Origin: Thermoproteota archaeon
Lineage (GTDB): Archaea > Korarchaeota > Korarchaeia > Korarchaeales > JAOZGB01
DNA length: 64,000 bases
NCBI GenBank assembly: GCA_037917685.1
Contig: JAVCBU010000006.1
Location: 207,089 to 271,088, forward strand
Reading direction: 5' to 3'
Part shown: positions 43,790 through 53,363 of the stretch, one piece after another
How the letters are laid out: each line of letters opens with the position of its first letter
Position numbering within the stretch: the stretch's first letter is position 1
Notes under the pieces: model-generated
Told to the model about the DNA's origin: nothing
What the model saw: only the letters and a program-made list of their open reading frames with translations
Database searches by the model: none
Translations under genes and position numbers: made by a program

Positions 43790-45079
43790 TTGGACGCCGA
43801 AGAAAGAATCGAAATTCAGAAGATATGGGATTTACCTCAGGGTTCAGAGGTTAAAATAAGAGGATGGATATACACAAAGAGCCACGTTGGGGGAATGTTA
43901 TTTATAAATGTGAGAGATTCCACAGGTATAGTGCAATCAGTATTTAAAGAAGATACGCTAGGCCCTAAGTTACAAGAAATCCTGACGGTAGGAAGAGAAT
44001 CATCAATTACTATAACAGGGACGGTAAACATAGATGAAAGAGCACCATTAGGCAGGGAAATTATCGTAAAAGACTTTAAAATCGTAGGTGAAAGCAAAGA
44101 CTATCCTATTAGGCCAGGAATGTCTGTTGAAACCCTATTAGACCTTAGGCACCTCTACCTACGAGGTAGAAAACCATCAGCTGTCATGAAAATAAGGTCT
44201 GAGGTTTTAAAAGCATTGAGAGAATGGTTCAACGCAAACGGATACGTGGAAACAACAGCTCCAACATTTGTAAGTTCAGCGGTTGAAGGTGGGGCAACCC
44301 TGTTTCCAGTAAACTATTTCGGCAGAGAAGTATATCTAACCCAGAGCTCACAGTTCTATCTAGAAGCCATGATATTCTCTTTGGAGAAAGTTTATACCAT
44401 TCAACCTAGCTTTAGAGCCGAAAAATCAAGAACAAGGAGACATCTATGTGAGTACACTCACGCCGAGGCAGAGATAGCATACGCAGACCTAAACGACATA
44501 ATGGATATATGTGAGAAACTCGTTAAGCATGTCTGCAAAGTAGTAGTTGAGAGGTGCGAGAGAGAGCTAAGAATACTTAACAGAGAATTTAAGCCCCTAA
44601 ATGACCGCTTCCCAAGGATAACATACGATGAAGCCCTCCAAATCTGCGGTGAGGAAGGAGTAAACATTGCATGGGGAGAAGACTTATCCACCGAAGCCGA
44701 AAGAGCTATTTGCAGACATTATGGCAAGCCTGTTTTTGTTTATAAGTTTCCAAAGCAGACAAGAGCTTTCTACCACATGCCAGATCCCAAAAACGAACAA
44801 GTAGTGCTATCGACAGATCTTTTAGCACCTGAAGACACGGGAGAGCTGATAGGTGGCGGCCAGAGGATATCAGATTACGACCTTCTCAAAACAAGGATAC
44901 TTGAGGAAATAGGAACAACAGAGGGATACGAGTGGTACTTAGATCTAAGAAGGTACGGTAGCGTGCCGCATGCTGGTTTCGGTCTAGGTGTAGAAAGACT
45001 TGTAAAATGGATAGCAGGGCTCTCACACATAAGAGACGCGATACCATTCCCTAGAACTCCGGCAAGGGTATATCCATAA
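43790..45079 (+). CDS. asnS: asparagine--tRNA ligase
   Basis: 429 aa, class IIb. FRAEKSRTRRHLCEY (motif 2) and GFGLGVERLV (motif 3). Length typical of archaeal AsnRS. Confidence 0.8.
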   Translation: MDAEERIEIQKIWDLPQGSEVKIRGWIYTKSHVGGMLFINVRDSTGIVQSVFKEDTLGPKLQEILTVGRESSITITGTVNIDERAPLGREIIVKDFKIVGESKDYPIRPGMSVETLLDLRHLYLRGRKPSAVMKIRSEVLKALREWFNANGYVETTAPTFVSSAVEGGATLFPVNYFGREVYLTQSSQFYLEAMIFSLEKVYTIQPSFRAEKSRTRRHLCEYTHAEAEIAYADLNDIMDICEKLVKHVCKVVVERCERELRILNREFKPLNDRFPRITYDEALQICGEEGVNIAWGEDLSTEAERAICRHYGKPVFVYKFPKQTRAFYHMPDPKNEQVVLSTDLLAPEDTGELIGGGQRISDYDLLKTRILEEIGTTEGYEWYLDLRRYGSVPHAGFGLGVERLVKWIAGLSHIRDAIPFPRTPARVYP

Positions 45080-45112
45080 ACTTTAAATGTAGACGCTGGC
45101 TCAACCGGTAGG

Positions 45113-45358
45113 GTGACAAGGATGGGAATGCGTGTAGGTGTACCAATGACCGATGTTATCCTTGAAGAACTCAAAAAGAGAGCTGTAGATGCAGTGGTTT
45201 GGAGAATATACTATCCCATGAGAAAAGAAGACCCGATAGAGGTGACCGTAGAACCCGGCACAGCCACGCTACCACTTGAGTTCACGGTCAACAATAGAAA
45301 AGTTGTGGTGAAAGAGGGAACAAGGCCTCCAAGGGCTGCCGCGAGAAGAACAGAGTAA
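45113..45358 (+). CDS. hypothetical small protein
   Basis: 81-aa ORF with a GTG start and a basic Pro/Ala/Arg tail. No recognisable family. Confidence 0.35.
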   Translation: MTRMGMRVGVPMTDVILEELKKRAVDAVVWRIYYPMRKEDPIEVTVEPGTATLPLEFTVNNRKVVVKEGTRPPRAAARRTE

Positions 45359-45359
45359 G

Positions 45360-46391
45360 TCATATCCGCACACTATATATAGCATCCGGGAGGGGAAATT
45401 CATACTTGACCTTCCTCCCTCTTCTATACACCCTTAGTGAACACCTCCCACTTTTTAAAACTCTCCCGATAACTGAATATTCTACACCGACTTTTTCAAA
45501 TTCGTATTTTAGAGCTTGAAACTTATCAATTGGAATCGAAATAAGTAGGGCCCCTGATCCCAACAGCCTATATGGGTCGATTCCCACAGCCTTGCATATT
45601 ATAACTGTCTCCTCTCTTAGAGGAATCTTTTCAAGCTCAACTTCTATCTCTACGTTTGAGGCTACACAAAGCTCGTAAAGACCCGTGATTACCCCTCCCT
45701 CTGTAGGATCATGCATGGCTGAGGCGCCGTACTTATAGGCAGCAATAGCCTCCCTTACAACACTAATCTCATCCATAAGGCTCATAGCTCTCAAAAGCAC
45801 CCACTCCTCTACTATCTTACGAAGTTTATCAGAATATTCGTGGGCTATGACAGCAGTTCCCTCAAGACCAGCATACTTTGTCATAACTATAATATCACCC
45901 TCCTGGCATCCGGAGGAAAGTACAGGTTTACTTCCAAGCCCCAAACCTACCATTGCCCCAGCAATCATAGGTTGGCGGACTGACGGAGTAACTTCCGTGT
46001 GGCCGGCCACAATAGAAACTTCAAGCTCCCTCGCAGCGAGATCCATATCATTCATGATCTTCTTAAGTTCTACCTGTCTACTTCCTTCCGGGAGCAGTAT
46101 CGTAGGCATGAAATACTTGGGTTTTGCCCCTACACATGCAATATCATTAGCATTGATGTGGACCGAAAGCCATCCAGCCTTTTTCACCGCCGCAGTGATG
46201 GGATCACAAGCTAAGGCTATAAAACCATCTTTCCATCTGATTACAGATGCATCTATGCCGATTCCAGGCTTTACGATTACATCCTCATTTTGAAAACCAA
46301 GTCGGCTGTAAACGATTTTCTCAAGTACATCGTACGGGACTTTTCCTATGCTAAACGAGTTATTCAAGGATCTCTCACCAGAACGTACCAC
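45360..46391 (-). CDS. AIR synthase-related (PurM-like) protein
   Basis: 343 aa. PurM/HypE/ThiL-type N and C domains (GIDASV, DPTEGG). Confidence 0.75.
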   Translation of the reverse strand: MVRSGERSLNNSFSIGKVPYDVLEKIVYSRLGFQNEDVIVKPGIGIDASVIRWKDGFIALACDPITAAVKKAGWLSVHINANDIACVGAKPKYFMPTILLPEGSRQVELKKIMNDMDLAARELEVSIVAGHTEVTPSVRQPMIAGAMVGLGLGSKPVLSSGCQEGDIIVMTKYAGLEGTAVIAHEYSDKLRKIVEEWVLLRAMSLMDEISVVREAIAAYKYGASAMHDPTEGGVITGLYELCVASNVEIEVELEKIPLREETVIICKAVGIDPYRLLGSGALLISIPIDKFQALKYEFEKVGVEYSVIGRVLKSGRCSLRVYRRGRKVKYEFPLPDAIYSVRI

Positions 46392-46451
46392 TTTAATAAT
46401 ACCCTCAAACTTCTATTACCGTTGACTATAGAAATCGAAGTTAAACTTAAA

Positions 46452-47021
46452 ATGTCCCATAGAGCCTTTCTCGAAAAACTAAGAGAAGCAGAAATAGAAT
46501 TTAGAATCACCCACACGACAGAGATGATGGATGAGTATTATGACACCGCCGATATGAAACTTTACAAAGACGATAAGGCCCTAAGGATAAGGAAAATAGA
46601 CGATAAAGTTTTTCTAACTTTCAAAGGACGTAGATTTACACGCAAACCTAAGTATAGGGTTGAAAGGGAGGCCGAGTTATCAGATAAGAACGAGATAGCC
46701 AAAATATTAAAGGAAGTCGGCATAAAAGTACCCAGCCAAGAGCTAACGATAGGCCGACTAAGGAGAATACTCATTCAAAATGGGTTTACAAAGATCCTTA
46801 AAATATCCAAGAAAAGGTCAATAGTTCAAATTCCAAGATCCAGCAACCTTAAAATATACCTAGATAGTGTAAGACGTCTTGGAGAATACGTAGAAGTCGA
46901 AGGTAAATCCTCACTTGAATTTATCTCAAGTCTTAACCTCACTGATAAGATAGAACATAGAACTTACCCTGAGATTATGATGGAAACTGTTAAAACGAAG
47001 GAAGCAGATATTAATAAATGA
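46452..47021 (+). CDS. CYTH-domain protein (class IV adenylate cyclase / triphosphatase family)
   Basis: Begins MSHRAFLEKLREAEIEFRI, the EIE motif typical of CYTH (ExExK-type); ALRIRK; GEYVEVEG. The ORF-track extension to 46290 overlaps the divergent gene and was not used. Confidence 0.75.
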   Translation: MSHRAFLEKLREAEIEFRITHTTEMMDEYYDTADMKLYKDDKALRIRKIDDKVFLTFKGRRFTRKPKYRVEREAELSDKNEIAKILKEVGIKVPSQELTIGRLRRILIQNGFTKILKISKKRSIVQIPRSSNLKIYLDSVRRLGEYVEVEGKSSLEFISSLNLTDKIEHRTYPEIMMETVKTKEADINK

Positions 47022-47022
47022 A

Positions 47023-48429
47023 ATGAAAAGAAGCACTACCCTGCTTATACTCCTAATCCTTCTTCCTTTTACAAGCGTTAAATGCGCATCTGGAAAGCCG
47101 ACTTATCAGTACACCTATTTCGTCTCCAGAGAAGGCTACATAAATGTTTCAATAACTTTTACGGCGGAAAATGAAGGATATTCATGGCTTCTTGTGCCAA
47201 GATATGAGCCGTGGAATCTTATCATTTCACAGGGGGAAATCAGGAAGGTTGAAAATGAGCCTATCACTATATTCTACAACAACTACAGCTTCTACTACTC
47301 TGGCAACCCCGTAACATTCGAACTATCCTTTTCGTACAGGTTTGGTGCATTAATTGTAGAGCCCAACGGTGCATTCTTTTCTACGTGGATCGCTGTATCC
47401 CCAAGCTCTTCCGGAAGTGTCATTGTGATTATGCCAGAAGATTTCAAGGCTAAGGGAAGCGAACCTAGGTGGGAAAAGAAATGGGCTGAGGCTGGATATA
47501 TATACTACAAGTATGGACTGCCTCCAAACGGGAGAATCCTAATTTCTTTTGAAGTAGAAGGAAGAGGAGATTTTATAGAGATAAATGGCGATGGAATTAC
47601 AATACATACCCCAAAGCGATATACCGACGTAGCAAGTAACCTCACGCAGATATATGATAGAGTTAGGTCACAAATAATAAAAACCACTGCTACAAGCATA
47701 GAACACATCCACGTATATTTTTACGTGCCTAAAGACATGAATGAGATACTTGAACTCGGATACACCCCCTTTTCAAATGTAAACAATAAGCTAGGAAACG
47801 TCTATATAAACCTAATAACAGTAAGAATGATAAGTGGCGCCTCAGAACAGGCAATGCTTCATGAAATAATTCACCACTACCTGTGGAAGGCAGGTATAGA
47901 CGTAAACCTGCTATGGGTTCACGAAGGATTGGCAAACTATCTTAGTACTGAATTCCTAAAGAACAGGGGATACCCTGTTGAAAACCTGACATATGAAGAC
48001 TTAGAGAAAGTCCCTCAAACTACAGGAGGGAAGTACGGCTTCCTCCAGGACTGGAGGCCGGGGGATCGCGTCCTAAACATTGGATTATACTATGCTGCGA
48101 GCCTATACATTATAAAGACTATAGGAGACCAATATGGAGGCCTTCAGCTTTATTCGAAACTGTTTAAACTGATAGTAGACAGCAAGACAACTATATCCAG
48201 CACTGGACAATTTGTGGACTATCTTAGCAAAGCAGCAGGTAGAGATCTATCGCCAATGTTCGAAAGCTGGGGTTTCACAATGGAAAAGCCCGGGGTTCAA
48301 ATAGAGAAGGAGAAGAACTACCTCCTATACGTTATAGCTGGCTTAATCATAATCCTCCTAATAGTCCTCGCTAAAGAAGTTCTTAAACCATCCTACTATG
48401 CAAGTGAAGAATACTACTATATAGTCTGA
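47023..48429 (+). CDS. membrane-anchored zinc metallopeptidase (gluzincin, M1-like active site)
   Basis: 468 aa. N-terminal signal/TM and C-terminal TM. HEIIHH...WVHEGLANY resembles the HExxH...WLNEGFA of M1. Confidence 0.6.
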   Translation: MKRSTTLLILLILLPFTSVKCASGKPTYQYTYFVSREGYINVSITFTAENEGYSWLLVPRYEPWNLIISQGEIRKVENEPITIFYNNYSFYYSGNPVTFELSFSYRFGALIVEPNGAFFSTWIAVSPSSSGSVIVIMPEDFKAKGSEPRWEKKWAEAGYIYYKYGLPPNGRILISFEVEGRGDFIEINGDGITIHTPKRYTDVASNLTQIYDRVRSQIIKTTATSIEHIHVYFYVPKDMNEILELGYTPFSNVNNKLGNVYINLITVRMISGASEQAMLHEIIHHYLWKAGIDVNLLWVHEGLANYLSTEFLKNRGYPVENLTYEDLEKVPQTTGGKYGFLQDWRPGDRVLNIGLYYAASLYIIKTIGDQYGGLQLYSKLFKLIVDSKTTISSTGQFVDYLSKAAGRDLSPMFESWGFTMEKPGVQIEKEKNYLLYVIAGLIIILLIVLAKEVLKPSYYASEEYYYIV

Positions 48430-49323
48430 CTAGAATACTATTCCAGACTCCTCCATTTTCAATAACATTTCAAACCTCCTAACAACCTCATCTTCCATGA
48501 GCTTAATTTCTTCATCAGTCAAACGTTTAAACCTTCCCTGTAATGAGATATACTCCTTAAGAGGCTTTCTTCTAGGCTTAACTGTCACTCTAACCTTTCC
48601 ATTTTCAACTTCGTATAGGGGCCATACCCATGTATCTACTGCAAGCTTGGCTATCCTTACAGTGTGCGCTGAGTCGTGCCTCCACCCAACCGGGCATGGT
48701 GAGAATAGATGTATATACCGGGGACCTCTGGCTTCTTTTGCCTTCCTCAGCTTTCCTATCATGTCCGCAAGGTAGCCCATTGAGGCAGTGGCCACATAGG
48801 GTATCCTGTGCGCTGCCATTATTAATGGTAAATCTTTTGGAAACTGCTTCTTTCCTACAATAGGAGTAGTAGTTGTCCATGCACCATAGGGGGTGCTTCC
48901 AGACCTCTGAATTCCCGTATTCATGTAGGCCTGGTTATCATAGCAGATGTAAAGGATGTTTTCACCCCTTTCAGCTGCTCCCGACAAGGCTTGGATCCCT
49001 ATATCAACGGTTCCCCCGTCTCCAGCCCAGCCGACGACAAGTACATCTTTGACACCTCTTATCTTCAGCGCTCTTGAAACGCCTGAGATGGCTGCACCTG
49101 TGGAAGCGAATGCGATATTCATGGTAGGAGCGTTAAAGGCCACCTTGGGGTATGGACCCTGGATTACAGAGGAGCAGCAGGCGGGAATTACAAGTATAGT
49201 CTTTTTCCCTAAGACTTTCAAAACTATTTTGAAGTTTATGGCGAGACCGCATCCGTGGCATGCAGCATGTCCTGGTAGGAGGAACCTCTCCCTTGTTAAA
49301 CCTAGATTCTTAGCTACCGACAC
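48430..49323 (-). CDS. porB: 2-oxoacid:ferredoxin oxidoreductase beta subunit (TPP-binding)
   Basis: 297 aa. GDGG TPP motif (GWAGDGGTVDIG) and an N-terminal Cys cluster. Confidence 0.88.
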   Translation of the reverse strand: MSVAKNLGLTRERFLLPGHAACHGCGLAINFKIVLKVLGKKTILVIPACCSSVIQGPYPKVAFNAPTMNIAFASTGAAISGVSRALKIRGVKDVLVVGWAGDGGTVDIGIQALSGAAERGENILYICYDNQAYMNTGIQRSGSTPYGAWTTTTPIVGKKQFPKDLPLIMAAHRIPYVATASMGYLADMIGKLRKAKEARGPRYIHLFSPCPVGWRHDSAHTVRIAKLAVDTWVWPLYEVENGKVRVTVKPRRKPLKEYISLQGRFKRLTDEEIKLMEDEVVRRFEMLLKMEESGIVF

Positions 49324-49327
49324 AGCA

Positions 49328-50500
49328 TCACCTCACCCTTAATTTATACCACATGTAATTGTCCCTCGGCTTTCCAGCTTTGATTGAGTGCTTAACCATT
49401 TTAGCCAGATCTAAGTATGTAATATCCCGCCCCCCGAGTCCAGTGACATAGTTAAATATGGGAACATCGGTTTTCCCGTAGAGTAGTGCCTTAAGCTCTA
49501 CCCCTAAGGCGCCACCTATTCCTCCCAGGGATATATGCCTTTCTACCACTATAACCGCCTTTCTACCAGGGACAATATCAAATAATTGTGTGGGGAAAGG
49601 CCTAAAAACTCTGACTCTCACAGCTCCAGCCCTAATACCTTCCCCTCGTAACCTGTCAACCGCCACTTTAGCCTCTTCTCCGAGGGTTCCCATGCTAATC
49701 AGTAGGTAGTCAGCATCCTCCACCTTGTAGAGTTCAAGAAGCCCACCATGATCTCTGCCGAACATCTCTCTGTATTCTTTTGAGTACTCCAATATCAGGT
49801 TTCTTGCGGCCTCCAGAGATCTCTGGATGTCATATCTCATCTCCATGTAATGCTCTGGCAGGGTCAAGCTGCCGTAGGTCAAGGGTTCATCTGGATCTAG
49901 GAGGAATCCTTTAGGCTCGTATGGCGGTAAGAATGAGTCTACATCCTCCTGGTCAGGTATTTCAACGGGCATATACGTGTGGCTAAGAATAAAACCATCA
50001 AGGCATACCATCGCGGGCAGCAAAACCCTTTCATTTTCAGCGACTTTATACATTAGAATAATCGTATCAAGAACCTCTTGATTATCTCTTGCGTAAAACT
50101 GTATAAAACCACTATCACGTTGGGAATGGGAATCCGTATGTTCAACATGAATATTCCATGGCGGGGCTAACGCCCTGTTAACGACGGCCATACCTATCGG
50201 TAGACGAGCTCCTGCAGCCCAGAAAACCATTTCGGCCATGAGTAACAAGCCGTGGCTTGATGTTGCAGTGAAGGCTCTCACACCCCCCGCTGCGGCGCCA
50301 ATACACGCGGCCATAGCGCTATGTTCAGACTCAACCCTTATGAACTCGGCTTTTAGTTCTCCGCGCTCGACAAATTTCGATAAGTACTCTACAATGGTGG
50401 TCTGTGGAGTTATAGGATATGCTGGGATGACCTGGACGCGCGCAAGCTTTGCCCCCACAGCGGCGGCTTTATTTCCAGTCATCATTTCCCATTTAGGCAA
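49328..50500 (-). CDS. porA: 2-oxoacid:ferredoxin oxidoreductase alpha subunit
   Basis: 390 aa. Pattern GAKLARVQVIPAYPITPQT. Confidence 0.88.
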   Translation of the reverse strand: MPKWEMMTGNKAAAVGAKLARVQVIPAYPITPQTTIVEYLSKFVERGELKAEFIRVESEHSAMAACIGAAAGGVRAFTATSSHGLLLMAEMVFWAAGARLPIGMAVVNRALAPPWNIHVEHTDSHSQRDSGFIQFYARDNQEVLDTIILMYKVAENERVLLPAMVCLDGFILSHTYMPVEIPDQEDVDSFLPPYEPKGFLLDPDEPLTYGSLTLPEHYMEMRYDIQRSLEAARNLILEYSKEYREMFGRDHGGLLELYKVEDADYLLISMGTLGEEAKVAVDRLRGEGIRAGAVRVRVFRPFPTQLFDIVPGRKAVIVVERHISLGGIGGALGVELKALLYGKTDVPIFNYVTGLGGRDITYLDLAKMVKHSIKAGKPRDNYMWYKLRVR

Positions 50501-50768
50501 TTTCCTCCGCCTCCATACTTATGGCTTTGACTGGGCAGACGTCGGAGCATATGCCGCAACCCTTGCAGTAGTCATAGTTTATTTCAGGGGTGTCGCCTTC
50601 CTGAAGTTCTATAGACTCATCTGGGCAATAAATCCAGCATAAACCGCATCTAGTGCATTTTTCATGGTCTATAACAGGTTTAAAAACCCTCCAAGCCCCG
50701 GTTTTACCTACAGCCCCTGCTGAGGGCTTAGAAACTGGCATAATGTGAAAGAGACTGGCCATTTCCAT
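50493..50768 (-). CDS. porD: 2-oxoacid:ferredoxin oxidoreductase delta subunit (2x[4Fe-4S])
   Basis: 91 aa. CTRCGLCWIYCP and CKGCGICSDVCP. Confidence 0.88.
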   Translation of the reverse strand: MEMASLFHIMPVSKPSAGAVGKTGAWRVFKPVIDHEKCTRCGLCWIYCPDESIELQEGDTPEINYDYCKGCGICSDVCPVKAISMEAEEIA

Positions 50769-50838
50769 TTCTTAAATCCTTGGGAAAATTAAAAATATTG
50801 ATTAAGTAGGGGGTGGTTAAGTATCAGGTGTTCTATAA

Positions 50839-52203
50839 ATGGTTAAGATACTTCTGTTCATGGGGACCAGACCTGAAATTATCAAAATGGCTCCAGTAAT
50901 CTACGGTTTGGCTGGGAAGCCGGAGGCTGAATTTATAATATGTGATACATCGCAACATTACGATGAGGAGTTAAGTAGGGTTTTCTATGAGGAGCTGAAG
51001 CTTCCTGAGCCTGAAGTTAAGCTTGAAGTTGGATCTGGAAGCCATGGGTATCAGGTTTCTACTGTAATAAAAAAGGCGGAGGAGGTAGTTGTAGAATATA
51101 ATCCAGACGTAACCATGGCTGAGGGGGACACTAATTCGGTTGTTGGGGCGGCCCTCTCGTCTGTTAAACTTAAAGTTCCCTTTGCACATGTCGAGTCTGG
51201 GTTGAGATCCTACGATATGACGATGCCTGAGGAGATAAATAGGAAAATAGCAGACTCTATAAGCTCGGCACTGTTTGCCCCCACAGAAAGGGCCGCGTTA
51301 AACCTTCTGTATGAGGGGGTTAACCCAAGTTATATCTGGGTTACAGGCAACACTATAGCCGATATACTTCATCTCTACGTAGATAGGGCGAAGATTGAGT
51401 CAACAATAATCCAAGACTTAGAACTAGAATCTGTGGATTTCTTGTTAATTTTAACGGTTCACAGGCCCGAGAATACGGATAATCCGGAAAGACTGAAATC
51501 TATATTTGAAGCTGTTAGGGAGCTTGAGGAGTGTACTGTACTTTTTCCTGTGCACCCAAGGACAAAAGCTAAACTAGAGGAATATGGCATGATGAAGAGG
51601 CTTAGAAGCCGGAAATTCAAAAACTTAGTTCTATTGAAGCCGCTTGGATATGTTGACTTTGTAAGACTCTTAGTTGAAGCAGACGCGATTCTTACAGACT
51701 CTGGTGGAGTCCAGGAGGAAGCAGCTATTCTGGGCAAACCCTGTATCACTCTAAGGGACAATACTGAGAGACCTGAAACCGTCGAGCTAGGGTTTAACAT
51801 GATAGCTGGAACCAGTAAAAATAGGATAGTAGATTTAACAAGAAAGGTTATTTATGATCCTTCCTACATAGACCGTCTAAGCAAGATTAAGCATCCGTTT
51901 GGCGACGGCCACGCTGGGGAGAGGATAGCAAATATAATAGTTGAAAACTATGAAGACTTTAGGATTAAACCTCCCAAGTACCATCTCTCCGGTGCTCCGT
52001 CCTTCAGAGTATACAAAGTAAACGAAAAACTTTCTGGTAAAACCGTTGATAGTCTTAAGCCTCTGATTGTAACATTAGTATACCGTAATGGCCAGCCTGT
52101 AATCCCTATGCCAGACATGGTTTTAGAGGAAGGTATGCTTATTAGATGCCTTGCTGAAAAGCCAATTCTAGAGGACTTGGAGAACAGGTTCAATTTGGCG
52201 TAA
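50839..52203 (+). CDS. wecB: UDP-N-acetylglucosamine 2-epimerase with C-terminal TrkA-C-like extension
   Basis: 454 aa. WecB core (MGTRPEIIKMAPV, DTNSV, HVESGLRS, TDSGGVQEEA) plus about 85 extra residues resembling an RCK/TrkA-C domain. Confidence 0.8.
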   Translation: MVKILLFMGTRPEIIKMAPVIYGLAGKPEAEFIICDTSQHYDEELSRVFYEELKLPEPEVKLEVGSGSHGYQVSTVIKKAEEVVVEYNPDVTMAEGDTNSVVGAALSSVKLKVPFAHVESGLRSYDMTMPEEINRKIADSISSALFAPTERAALNLLYEGVNPSYIWVTGNTIADILHLYVDRAKIESTIIQDLELESVDFLLILTVHRPENTDNPERLKSIFEAVRELEECTVLFPVHPRTKAKLEEYGMMKRLRSRKFKNLVLLKPLGYVDFVRLLVEADAILTDSGGVQEEAAILGKPCITLRDNTERPETVELGFNMIAGTSKNRIVDLTRKVIYDPSYIDRLSKIKHPFGDGHAGERIANIIVENYEDFRIKPPKYHLSGAPSFRVYKVNEKLSGKTVDSLKPLIVTLVYRNGQPVIPMPDMVLEEGMLIRCLAEKPILEDLENRFNLA

Positions 52204-52233
52204 CCATATAATCCTAGCACAGACTATATATCT

Positions 52234-52482
52234 ATGGGGGAGGCTGGGTTGAGTGTTCTACTACTCGGTGTTATAATTCTTATAGTAGGTATCATACTGA
52301 TTTTGCTATCTCTGATAGGGTTTGAGAGACACGTTAGCAAAGGAAAGACCTCGTTATTTGGATTTATACTTATAGGCCCTATTCCAATCGTTTTCGGGAA
52401 GAATGTTAGTAGAGAGACAGTAATCATCCTCGTCGCCATAGGGCTCTTGCTCACATTACTAGCTATAGGTGTTATAAGATGA
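52234..52482 (+). CDS. DUF131-like small membrane protein
   Basis: 82 aa, three TM segments, GPIPIVFG motif. Confidence 0.6.
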   Translation: MGEAGLSVLLLGVIILIVGIILILLSLIGFERHVSKGKTSLFGFILIGPIPIVFGKNVSRETVIILVAIGLLLTLLAIGVIR

Positions 52483-52733
52483 GAAAAGCCTTCAACATGC
52501 CTATCTTATTTGCCGGCATAGCGCTCGTAATGCTTGGAATAGCCCTCATAATAGCACATACACAAGGAGAGTGGGGCTTCATCATAATAATAGGTCCTAT
52601 CCCCTTCTTCGTAGGGTCAAACATAAAAGCCCTACTTGCAGCGTTAATACTTCTAATAGCTGTTTTGCCGATAATATTGTACTTTATCTGGTCCTACGGA
52701 CTAATCAAAAGCCGCGAGGAAGTGGTGGTATAG
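52479..52733 (+). CDS. DUF131-like small membrane protein (paralogue)
   Basis: 84 aa, GPIPFFVG motif. 4-nt overlap with the previous gene. Confidence 0.6.
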   Translation: MRKAFNMPILFAGIALVMLGIALIIAHTQGEWGFIIIIGPIPFFVGSNIKALLAALILLIAVLPIILYFIWSYGLIKSREEVVV

Positions 52734-52734
52734 C

Positions 52735-53361
52735 TTGGATATCTATGTATCTCTTGATTTTACGGATTTGAAAAGGGCCTTGGAGGTCGCCTCTAAGGTT
52801 GTCCAGGCAGGGATAAAACATTTGGAAGTAGGCACCCCATTGATAAAATCTCAGGGGATATCTGCTATCCGGACAATAAAGGACAGGTTTCCAGAGATAA
52901 CTGTCTTTGCCGACATGAAAACAGTAGACACCGGCAGGCTTGAAGCGACATTGGCATTCAATGCTGGAGCTGACATCGTCAGCGTTCTCGGGGTTGCCCC
53001 AGACAATACAATCCTAGGAGCTCTAGAGGCGGCAAGAGACCAAGATAAAGCTGTCCTTGTAGATATGATAGGTTCAAGGGAGCCCTTAAAGCGGGCTATA
53101 GAGGTTAAAAAACTAGGTGCTAGAATGATATGCTTCCATACAGGAATCGACGAAGGTACAATCGCAGAAAACGTGGAGTTTCTTAAAAATGTGAAGAGCA
53201 AGCTTGCAAATATACGCATAGGGGCAGCTGGGGGTATAACGGTCGATACAATTCTTCATATTAAGCCGTATGTTGACTTCGTACATATAGGTAGGGCTAT
53301 CGCAAAGGCGGAAGACCCATACAGCTCAGCTATCAGATTTATTAAGACTGTGGAGGGCTGA
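52735..53361 (+). CDS. 3-hexulose-6-phosphate synthase (OMP decarboxylase superfamily)
   Basis: 208 aa. SLDFTDL...LEVGTPLIKSQG...FADMKTVDTG...ADIVSVLG aligns with my recollection of bacterial HPS. Confidence 0.8.
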   Translation: MDIYVSLDFTDLKRALEVASKVVQAGIKHLEVGTPLIKSQGISAIRTIKDRFPEITVFADMKTVDTGRLEATLAFNAGADIVSVLGVAPDNTILGALEAARDQDKAVLVDMIGSREPLKRAIEVKKLGARMICFHTGIDEGTIAENVEFLKNVKSKLANIRIGAAGGITVDTILHIKPYVDFVHIGRAIAKAEDPYSSAIRFIKTVEG

Positions 53362-53363
53362 TT

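Noticed and set aside
46290-46451. The N-terminal extension of the CYTH-domain ORF back to 46290.
   Set aside because: The extension overlaps the 5' end of the divergent AIR-synthase-related gene by about 100 nt, and the CYTH domain begins at Met 46452.
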